The notes under the pieces are model-generated. The model worked only from the letters and a program-made list of their open reading frames with translations. It searched no databases and was not told the DNA's origin. From an uncultured Bacteroidota bacterium (lineage in GTDB: Bacteria; Bacteroidota; Ignavibacteria; UBA10030; UBA6906): DNA of 64,000 nt. The translations under genes were made by a program, and so were the position numbers. Shown here piece after piece: positions 51,101 to 57,821 of the stretch (position 1 is its first letter; every line of letters begins with the position of its first letter). Location of the stretch: contig CAVOYH010000006.1 of the NCBI GenBank assembly GCA_963700635.1, positions 32,001 through 96,000 on the forward strand. The letters run 5' to 3'.

Positions 51101-52035
51101 ATGTCCAGCCAGAGCAGTCCGTAACGGAGTATCCAGAGCAGAGCTGTAAGGACGAGTACCCGGGCGAATCCTGTGAGCCGGGTAAACGCCGTCCGCAGGA
51201 GAAGTACAACAAGACTGACGAGGAGCAATGCCGCGAGTGTGCTGTGGATGTCATCGTACCGCTCTGTCAGCTGCTCCGTGAGTTCGGCATACGTGGAGCG
51301 CCACACGCGTGCGGACCCGACACGTGCGCTGTCGATGCCGTACAGAGGCGCCGCATGCCAGAGCGAATCCGGCTCGGCAAATGTTTCGGGGGGAAAGATA
51401 AAATGGACCGGAACGCCAAGGTCCGCCGACAACCGGTCGGCTAGTCCGCCCCGCCCGAGGAACCTGTTCCTGAGAGGGGAGGCCACTTCGAGGGTCTGCC
51501 GGACGACCACTGCGCCGAGGACGCGTCCTTCATGCCGGACGGGGACCGCAAGGAAGAGCTGCGATGAAACCGCGGAGCGCGAGACGAAGGACGTCATCTG
51601 ACCGGCGAGGGCAATAAAAACATCCCGCCGGCCGCTGCTCCCCCCCTGTCCCGCCCACGCCACAAGTTCCCCCTGCAAATCATAGAGTTCGATGCCGGCA
51701 CGGGAGGCTTGAGCTGCACTTGTTGCCACCGCAAAAACAGGACGGCGGTCTGTCGTTTCGCCGCTGAGGTATCTGAGAACGTCATTCTGCTGACCCACGT
51801 CAACAGCCAGACGCCGCGCGATCCGTTGCTCATCCCCGAATGCTCTGACCGCGGTCGCAAGGTGCTCCTGGGCGGTCTTGTCCCGCATCGAATCCCAGTT
51901 CCGGTCGAGCTGGCGTCTCTGGACCCATTCGACGCCCTGCGCGATGACAAGAAGCCCCACGCAGACAATCACCAGGAAGAACTCGGGGGATCGTTGCTGG
52001 CGCAGAACCTCAAAAAACCGGGGGGAGGTCATCAC
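48154..52035 (-). CDS. large multi-TM sensor histidine kinase (HAMP-HisKA-HATPase, NtrY-like)
   Basis: AWKEMARQVAHEIKNPLTPM, NILRNG, DSGHGI, GMGLGL; many TM segments. Confidence 0.9.
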   Translation of the reverse strand: MMTSPRFFEVLRQQRSPEFFLVIVCVGLLVIAQGVEWVQRRQLDRNWDSMRDKTAQEHLATAVRAFGDEQRIARRLAVDVGQQNDVLRYLSGETTDRRPVFAVATSAAQASRAGIELYDLQGELVAWAGQGGSSGRRDVFIALAGQMTSFVSRSAVSSQLFLAVPVRHEGRVLGAVVVRQTLEVASPLRNRFLGRGGLADRLSADLGVPVHFIFPPETFAEPDSLWHAAPLYGIDSARVGSARVWRSTYAELTEQLTERYDDIHSTLAALLLVSLVVLLLRTAFTRLTGFARVLVLTALLWILRYGLLWLDIPGRLFPEGIFDPVLYASVFAGGLAKSIGDLTISVVTLAANLLLLVRADDIRSMQTGASRLPLMVRVGGSVLLAVASFVLLRMFGAVVRSLLYDSTLTVGDPAILFPPFPMGLLILNGVILAFLLAALALEAAGKIVQMMGWWLTVILFLAGAVGMEFLTEPLVPIWYRILFSASVLVLCWLTSRGPGPARLATPVGKYLGIAVLSAIILVPVLDAQIRERDRSKVETFAEEVLRPIEGWLKFIVEEGLLQLINAADAEGASRNPESVALRAWAQSAACREGYSSVFELLDSEGKQLSRFAIGGQTGVAHQMSYSVPLDTQGVLRVKSIGDGVSAVRIYAGSAPIRSGTGDIRGHVRVTVAAGERQLFRGDNPSVLRGTSRETLESFYRPITITEYRDGLYLRSTNKTFPFTHVLSDGLVESLPLLSPPMMWKEEEIGGVAYETFYALRGEGGRGVIGLSLERHDILLRFVGLVKVGVVFGLLLVLWGACMVIRALMQGRSLRFSFRDRLLGTMLIAALLPLGLLLMYSQLDVRERMMESMARRLEDQTAAVAQDIAGIGEHADASSEMEVRPDRVELIAANAGTDFNLYMGTMLRISSRPELYIAGLLDARISGSAYAEVVLSGKWFFVETEHIGLFRYAVGYRPVLDAARGIIGVVSVPTLFRQDELERELVERHAVLFGVYAAVLLVMLLITPVLANRFAAPVLRLTELARDVGKGDLNISSRLPRADGEIGELVQSFDTMTRELERSRDSLVQVERELAWKEMARQVAHEIKNPLTPMKLSIQHLRRAYLDRAQDFGEILEQVTHTVIGQIDALSRIAFEFSAFARMPRRTLALCQPGEVVGEAVQLFRQDSRVECVLSTEPGLPEIMADREELRRACINILRNGVQAMGGKGRMEITVVRSLRGVQIAFKDSGHGIPDDIKPNLFKPNFSTRTDGMGLGLAIVKKTVDDLGGTVSIESRVGVGTTVTLEIPGGQAQA

Positions 52036-52038
52036 TGG

Positions 52039-52533
52039 TCAGTAGATATTCAGGTGGGAAATCACCCATCGCTCACCCGACAGGTGGAGGGCGATATAGA
52101 GCTGGAGATCTTCACGTGTTCCTTTTACGGCGAACGTCGCTGCACCGGTAGCGTATGGGGCCCCATCCGTCGCACCGTACGTACTCAGGATAACAGATAC
52201 CGGTTTCCGCGTCTTGAGAAATGACGTAAGGACATAATATGCTTGTGTGGCACTGTGGTACTCCCCTTCCGCCCCGCGCAATTGCACAAAAACCCTCGCG
52301 GAGAAGTGAACCGAAAACGGCTCAACCGTTCCCGCGTTAAGACCCTCTTCAACGGAACCAAAAACCTTCAATGCCGCGGCAGGTATGGCATCTCTGCCGG
52401 GAGAAGGGATCAGGCTCTGACGCTGCAGAGAGAGACCTTTCTGCCCAACTGCGGATAGTTCCGGCTGGTTGAACAAAGCAGACACCGAACTGCCCGCACT
52501 TAACAATACGACGATGATCAACATGAAGTACAC
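52039..52533 (-). CDS. exported protein, DUF4783/NTF2-like
   Basis: Signal peptide; YHSATQAYYVLTSF, WVISHLNIY. The ORF-track start (52590) falls on a -35 box, so the real start is probably 52533 or 52524. Confidence 0.55.
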   Translation of the reverse strand: MYFMLIIVVLLSAGSSVSALFNQPELSAVGQKGLSLQRQSLIPSPGRDAIPAAALKVFGSVEEGLNAGTVEPFSVHFSARVFVQLRGAEGEYHSATQAYYVLTSFLKTRKPVSVILSTYGATDGAPYATGAATFAVKGTREDLQLYIALHLSGERWVISHLNIY

Positions 52534-52561
52534 GATCCGGCCTTTACATGGTAGACGCAAA

Positions 52562-52590
52562 AAAGTACACCTTGCCGGAGTGAAAGTCAA
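52562..52590 (-). promoter_or_regulatory. sigma70-type promoter for the DUF4783-like / histidine kinase / pgeF unit
   Basis: TTGACT (52590-52585), N17, TACTTT (52567-52562). Confidence 0.65.
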
Positions 52591-52612
52591 CCGGACGGGA
52601 ACAAAGGCCTCA

Positions 52613-53389
52613 TTATTCCCGGTCTCTGCCTGGATTTCTTTTCAGAAGCCGGTTTGAAGGCACCAGCTGATAGGCCCAATCAAACACCACCCGGCTTGCC
52701 GACAGTGCGGACACCCGGAACTTTGCATAATGATCGTCCCAGGTCCACACAACGTACGTGTGACCGACTATCAACCGGACTTCGTGCGTTGAGGACCAAC
52801 CGCTGACGGGCGCGGTTCCAATCGTGAGAATCGAGGAGGTCGGACCCATATCCTGAATATCACTGTCCGAATTCACGCGCATGACCACACTGCCGCCTGA
52901 TTCACCCAAGATCATATCCGCATACTTGTCACCGGAGGAGACCACCGCAAAGCGCGAGAAATCGTAAGCGCTCTGCGCCGGAGAGACGGTTGCGTTGTAG
53001 AGCAGAACATCATACCCTTCCGGCCGGGGGATATCATAGGCGAAATCCGAACTCAATGCACTTTCGTTCCCGGCATGGTCATACGCAGAAACAGCATAGT
53101 AGTACAACGTGCCGTTCCGCGCTCCATCATCATTGTAATATGCTGAGGATGTTGAGGAAAGATACTCATACCGGCCGTTGTAGCTGGAACTGACATAGAC
53201 ATTATAACCGGCAATGTCCGGTTCGCGATTATAGTCCCAGAACAATTCGATAAAATTATCCCCTGTTGCAGTCCGCAGGCCAACCGGCGGAGACGGCGGA
53301 TCGAGGTCAGGGTGATACAACCAGTCGTGACATCCCGGAAGAATCGTTACAAGGAAGAGAAGCGAGAGTGTACGCAGTGATGTGTTCAT
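52613..53389 (-). CDS. lipoprotein with a fibronectin type III domain
   Basis: Lipobox LPGC; PPSPPVGL...LFW...GYNVY...YYYAVSAYD..GNES. Confidence 0.8.
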   Translation of the reverse strand: MNTSLRTLSLLFLVTILPGCHDWLYHPDLDPPSPPVGLRTATGDNFIELFWDYNREPDIAGYNVYVSSSYNGRYEYLSSTSSAYYNDDGARNGTLYYYAVSAYDHAGNESALSSDFAYDIPRPEGYDVLLYNATVSPAQSAYDFSRFAVVSSGDKYADMILGESGGSVVMRVNSDSDIQDMGPTSSILTIGTAPVSGWSSTHEVRLIVGHTYVVWTWDDHYAKFRVSALSASRVVFDWAYQLVPSNRLLKRNPGRDRE

Positions 53390-53584
53390 GGTTGCCTCGT
53401 GCTGTCGTGTCGGTGATTCTCTCAAGACTCAACAGCATCAATTTCAAATCACATGCCACATGAAAACGCGCCGTTGATCCGCCAAAAACAGATCAAATCC
53501 GGCGCGTTATTCACCGCACTGTCTCCGGGATCATCCAACCGTCCACTATTCAGGACGCCCCGGGTTCGGATCCTCTCCCATACA

Positions 53585-54871
53585 TCACGAGGCCGAAGAC
53601 CAGTACACCTGCCCGTTATTCAGGACGCCAAACGGTTTGCCGGTCAGGCGGTATCCCCCGAACGGACTATTGCGGGATTGTGACCGCGACGAGGGAAGAT
53701 CCACAACCCAATCGGCACCCGGATCGAGGATGGTAAGATTTGCCATTTCTCCCTCTGCGATTCGGATCTCGGGCAGGTGGAGAATCCGCCTGGGGTTCAC
53801 GGAAAACTTTTCAATAATCTGATCCAATGAAAGCACGTTTTTGCCGAGCAGTTCCGTACATGCCAGACCCACCGCGGTTTCAAGTCCGACGATGCCAAAG
53901 GGCGCAACCTGAAATTCCACCTCCTTTTCGTCAAATGAATGAGGTGCATGGTCTGTCGCAATCACGTCGATGGTCCCATCCCGCAGTCCGGCCTTCATCA
54001 TCTCCACATCATCCCGGGTGCGGAGGGGCGGGTTCATCTTGAAATTGGTGTCGTACCCGCGGAGGGATTCATCCGTGAGCACAAAATGGTGGGGAGTCAC
54101 TTCGCATGTAACACTGATTCCCTTTGCTTTTGCCCTGCGCACAGTGTCAACGGTTTCCGCCGTGCTCACGTGGGCCACGTGATACAGTCCGCCCGTATAT
54201 TCCGCGAGCTGGATATCTCGCGCAACCATGATCTCTTCGGCGAGGCGGGGTATAACCGGCAGTCCGAGCAACGTCGCCATAAAACCTTCATTGGCCACTC
54301 CTCCTTTGCTGAGGGAGGGATCCTGCGCATGCTGGATGACGGGCTTCTTGAACATCAGGCTGTATTCCAGGGCCCGGCGCATGATTTCGGCGTCAAACAC
54401 CGGATCTCCATCGTCGGAGAAAGCAATGGCACCCGCGCTGGAAAGTTCGGCGAGCGGCGCAAGGTGTTCGCCTTTACGTCCCATCGTGACTGCAGCAACC
54501 GGATGGACATCCACAAGTCCGTCCATTGCAATTCTGGCTTTGGCCTGTATAAACCGGATCACCGATTCATCGTCGATTGGAGGATTTGTATTAGGCATAC
54601 AGCACACCGCTGAAAAACCACCCGCGGCTGCGGCAGCGCACCCCGTCGCGATCGTCTCTTTGTACTCATAGCCCGGTTCACGCAGGTGCACGTGCATATC
54701 GATGAACCCCGGACTGATGATCTTTCCCTTGAGTTCGATCACCTGTGCGCCCGGCGACGAAAGCGCGCGGCCGAGACGATCGATACGACCATCCACAATC
54801 ACCATATCCAGCGATTCATCCCGACCCGTCACCGGATCTACCAGGCGGCCGTTCTTAAGAAGAAGTTGCAT
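53585..54871 (-). CDS. pyrC: dihydroorotase
   Basis: DMHVHLREPG, MPNT.P, KMNPPLR, IATDHAPH. Confidence 0.97.
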   Translation of the reverse strand: MQLLLKNGRLVDPVTGRDESLDMVIVDGRIDRLGRALSSPGAQVIELKGKIISPGFIDMHVHLREPGYEYKETIATGCAAAAAGGFSAVCCMPNTNPPIDDESVIRFIQAKARIAMDGLVDVHPVAAVTMGRKGEHLAPLAELSSAGAIAFSDDGDPVFDAEIMRRALEYSLMFKKPVIQHAQDPSLSKGGVANEGFMATLLGLPVIPRLAEEIMVARDIQLAEYTGGLYHVAHVSTAETVDTVRRAKAKGISVTCEVTPHHFVLTDESLRGYDTNFKMNPPLRTRDDVEMMKAGLRDGTIDVIATDHAPHSFDEKEVEFQVAPFGIVGLETAVGLACTELLGKNVLSLDQIIEKFSVNPRRILHLPEIRIAEGEMANLTILDPGADWVVDLPSSRSQSRNSPFGGYRLTGKPFGVLNNGQVYWSSAS

Positions 54872-54900
54872 AGTCCAAACCTCGTACTGTCGGTGGTCGG

Positions 54901-55821
54901 TTAGTTTTTTGAAGAGAGAAGGTAGAGCACGGCCATCCGGATCGCCACTCCGTTGAGTACCTGCTGGAGGATCACCGAATGTTCGCTATCCGCGACATCT
55001 GCCGAGATCTCCACATCTCTGTTGATCGGACCGGGGTGCAGGATCGTAATGGCGCGTCCGGCTTTCTCCAGGCGTTTTCGCGTGATACCGTAGAAATTGT
55101 GGTATTCCCGGAGGGATGGAAGGAGCCGGCCCGCATCGCGCTCCAGTTGGATCCGCAGAACATTGAGCACATCGACCGATGGCAGCACGTCCTCGATGTG
55201 GTGGCATACCTCCACGCCCAGCCGCTGGAGATCGCGGGGGATCATTGTAGCAGGTCCGCACACAGTGACCCGCGCTCCCATCGTGATCAACCCGAAAATG
55301 TTTGATCGTGCCACCCGGCTATGGGCAATATCACCGACGATGCAGACATGGAGGTCGTGCAGGCGGTCGAGTTTTTCGCGGATCGTGTACATGTCCAGCA
55401 GGGCCTGCGTCGGATGTTCATGCGACCCATCGCCCGCATTGATCACATTTGAGTCGATGACGCGGGATAGATAGTGCGCTGCCCCTGCCGCGGAATGACG
55501 CATCACCACCATATCAATTTTCATAGCCTCAATGTTGCGGGCCGTGTCCTTCAGGGTTTCCCCTTTGCTCACGCTGCTTCCAACCGAGGAAAAGCCAAGC
55601 ACGTCTGCCGAAAGCCGGCGTTCGGCAAGCTCGAACGACAGGCGGGTCCGGGTGGAGTTTTCGAAAAACATGTTGGCCACGGTCTTCCCCTGGAGGGGGG
55701 GAACCTTTTTGATGGGTCGGTCCAGGACCTCGCGGAAACTGACGGCAGTCTCGAGAATAAGTTCTATATCCTCGCGCCGCATTCCATCAAGTCCAAGAAG
55801 ATGTCTGCTCTGTAACGGCAT
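54901..55821 (-). CDS. pyrB: aspartate carbamoyltransferase catalytic subunit
   Basis: FFENSTRT, HPTQALLD, HSRVARS, HPGPINR. Confidence 0.98.
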   Translation of the reverse strand: MPLQSRHLLGLDGMRREDIELILETAVSFREVLDRPIKKVPPLQGKTVANMFFENSTRTRLSFELAERRLSADVLGFSSVGSSVSKGETLKDTARNIEAMKIDMVVMRHSAAGAAHYLSRVIDSNVINAGDGSHEHPTQALLDMYTIREKLDRLHDLHVCIVGDIAHSRVARSNIFGLITMGARVTVCGPATMIPRDLQRLGVEVCHHIEDVLPSVDVLNVLRIQLERDAGRLLPSLREYHNFYGITRKRLEKAGRAITILHPGPINRDVEISADVADSEHSVILQQVLNGVAIRMAVLYLLSSKN

Positions 55822-55848
55822 TGGCGTTATTCCTGATTGGTCGGTGTC

Positions 55849-56394
55849 TTATTCATCCGGATGCATTAGCAGCACCACATCTTCACCGTCCACTTCCTTG
55901 ACATGGACGCGGATGGATTCCTGGGCGGAAGTTGGTATGTTTTTTCCAACATAGTCAGCCCTGATGGGAAGTTGCCGGTGCCCTCGGTCAATGAGCACCG
56001 CCAGCTGGATTGTCCGGGGCCGGCCGAGGTCAATCAACTCGTCGAGGGCCGCACGGATCGTCCGCCCTGTGAACAACACATCATCGATCAAGATGACATC
56101 CTTGCCGGTGATGTCGAACAGGATATCCGTCCCTTTGAGCTCGGGCTGCTCGAGTTTCCCGAGGAGGTCGTCCCGGTAGAGCGTGATATCCAGCGAGCCG
56201 ATAGCCAGTTTCGTCTTTTCCACATCCTCGATAATCCGGGCGATACGGTGTGCAATAAACTCTCCGCGCGTGCGTATGCCGACGATCACGATGTTTCCCG
56301 CCCCTTTGTTTTTTTCCAGGATCTCGTGAGCCAGACGGGTTGCCGTCCGGTCAAACCCATCGTGATCGATGATTTGTGCCTTCAGACGTCTCAT
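55849..56394 (-). CDS. pyrR: bifunctional pyr operon attenuator / uracil phosphoribosyltransferase
   Basis: [42 protein letters not shown]. Confidence 0.97.
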   Translation of the reverse strand: MRRLKAQIIDHDGFDRTATRLAHEILEKNKGAGNIVIVGIRTRGEFIAHRIARIIEDVEKTKLAIGSLDITLYRDDLLGKLEQPELKGTDILFDITGKDVILIDDVLFTGRTIRAALDELIDLGRPRTIQLAVLIDRGHRQLPIRADYVGKNIPTSAQESIRVHVKEVDGEDVVLLMHPDE

Positions 56395-56504
56395 GCCAGG
56401 TTCCCGATGTGAAGTGAAAGATGAGGGAGATGAAGAAAAAATGAAAAACCTCCGGATGCCCGTGGCACACGGAGGTTGATACGGCAGTCGTTCGGCAGGT
56501 ACAT
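56391..56504 (-). CDS. putative 37-aa pyr leader peptide ([37 protein letters not shown])
   Basis: ATG 7 nt after AAGGGA; open for 37 codons; its TGA overlaps the pyrR ATG (ATGA). Confidence 0.45.
   Translation of the reverse strand: MYLPNDCRINLRVPRASGGFSFFLHLPHLSLHIGNLA
56435..56477 (-). terminator. intrinsic terminator / attenuator in the pyr leader
   Basis: AACCTCCGTGTGCC-ACG-GGCATCCGGAGGTT hairpin followed by TTTCATTTTTT. Confidence 0.75.
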
Positions 56505-56510
56505 GGTACA

Positions 56511-56546
56511 GTCCCTTCCCTGCCTCTCGGGCAGGATTTAAAGGGG
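56511..56546 (-). promoter_or_regulatory. PyrR-binding RNA hairpin
   Basis: CCCCTTTAAATCCTGCCCGAGAGGCAGGGAAGGG contains the CUUUAA internal-loop motif, a GAGAGGC apical motif and AAGG closure upstream of pyrR. The apical loop is one nt shorter than the usual hexaloop. Confidence 0.75.
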
Positions 56547-56620
56547 TGGGCGATATAGGACTTGAACCTATGACCTCACGGATGTGAACCGTGCGCTCTG
56601 ACCAACTGAGCTAATCGCCC
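56547..56620 (-). tRNA. tRNA-Val (anticodon CAC), CCA not encoded
   Basis: GGGCGATTAGCTCAGTTGGTCAGAGCG-CACGG-TTCACAT-CCGTG-AGGTC-ATAGG-TTCAAGT-CCTAT-ATCGCCC-A forms a complete cloverleaf. Confidence 0.97.
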
Positions 56621-56633
56621 ATCGAATTAGCTC

Positions 56634-56662
56634 AATATAAACAATTACGCCGGCTCATGCAA
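56634..56662 (-). promoter_or_regulatory. sigma70-type promoter for tRNA-Val (and probably pyrRBC)
   Basis: TTGCAT (56662-56657), N17, TATATT (56639-56634). Confidence 0.7.
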
Positions 56663-56694
56663 GCACCGGTCTGGTGCGAGGTTGTTCACCAACG

Positions 56695-56931
56695 TCACCG
56701 GGGACGCTTGAACACGTAGTAGTAGTCTTTGCCGTACGGCGTAACCACCACCAGCTCCCACCCGTCGACTCCAAAAGCGTTAAGCTGTGTCAGATTCAGG
56801 TTTGCACCGTCAGTGTATTCCCAGGTCACGGGTTTGGACCGTTTATCCTGTTGGGCATCCGCCGTGCGCCCTAACACAAATGCGCCGAGTGCACAGACCA
56901 GGATGAGTAGTGCGATACGGACATGTTTCAT
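56695..56931 (-). CDS. small exported protein, DUF4177-like
   Basis: GAGGAG SD; hydrophobic N-terminus; WEY...LNAFGVDGWELV...YVFKR. Confidence 0.7.
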   Translation of the reverse strand: MKHVRIALLILVCALGAFVLGRTADAQQDKRSKPVTWEYTDGANLNLTQLNAFGVDGWELVVVTPYGKDYYYVFKRPR

Positions 56932-56967
56932 GGTGTTCTCCTCTGGGTTAGAAGTACCCTGTGTGAT

Positions 56968-57669
56968 TTATTCGGCACGTTCAAGCAAGAGAATCTGTTG
57001 AACGTTACGGTACAATTGTTCAGGTGTGTAGTCTTCTTCACCAGGGAGCACATATTTCCCGAGGAATTCCCTGCAGATTTCCACACCCGGGCGTCCCGCA
57101 TTCATAGGTTTTGCTCCTTCTCTGATGCAGTAGATCGCCGCCGACTTTATCCCTCTGGTCCACACCAGACGCGCTCCGTTGTTGTCCCCCATTACGCCAT
57201 CGAGAGGCACATCGCGCCGCGTCAGTCTGGGCTGAAGTTCTCTGTAGTGGATCTGGAGATAGTTCATCCCGCCGATGATGAGGCGCTGGCGGGTAATCTT
57301 GCCGACTACATCCCGGAGAAGGCGCTGCTTTTCCGCATCCTCCTCGCGCGAGAGCTGATCATCTCTTTTGGCATACTGTACGTGCAACATGGTCTGATTC
57401 AGAGTGGCGATATCCGCTTCCAGGGGGGACGCAAAAAGGTTCTCCTCTATTTCCTTTCTCCTGTCCTCAAGTTCCGCCACCACCGCCGTCGCCTTCGCCT
57501 TAACTTCCGAAACGGTAAGAGTCTCCAGCCCATTTTCTCCGGTCCGGATCAGCGTCATGACCCCGTCTTCAGGCCGTGTCACGCGGAGGATCCGCAGGTC
57601 GTCCACCAGCGTCAGAAACTGCTGCTCCGTCATCCAGATCCCCGGTGTACGCGGTCGGTCCTCTGTCAT
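56968..57669 (-). CDS. hypothetical protein
   Basis: 233 aa ORF with AGGGAG SD, protein-like composition and a helical or coiled central part; no family recognised. Confidence 0.65.
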   Translation of the reverse strand: MTEDRPRTPGIWMTEQQFLTLVDDLRILRVTRPEDGVMTLIRTGENGLETLTVSEVKAKATAVVAELEDRRKEIEENLFASPLEADIATLNQTMLHVQYAKRDDQLSREEDAEKQRLLRDVVGKITRQRLIIGGMNYLQIHYRELQPRLTRRDVPLDGVMGDNNGARLVWTRGIKSAAIYCIREGAKPMNAGRPGVEICREFLGKYVLPGEEDYTPEQLYRNVQQILLLERAE

Positions 57670-57821
57670 CTTTCTCCCTTTCGCTCAATTTCACGGAAAC
57701 CGCCTGAACGGTCCCTTTTCCACCATCACAGAGGCCACAAGTAGCGTACCATCCTCAAAACCCTTCCAAATTCGCGTCATGCGTACTTCTGGATTGGGGC
57801 GAACCGGGAACGAGTCCAATA

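Noticed and set aside
56607-56634. Inverted repeat TGAGCTAAT...ATTAGCTCA overlapping the tRNA 5' end
   Set aside because: The outer arm lies mostly upstream of the predicted transcription start, so it is unlikely to form in RNA; may be chance.
56547-57821. Genomic island integrated at tRNA-Val
   Set aside because: No integrase, no duplicated tRNA 3' end, and the tRNA 3' side runs directly into the pyr leader.
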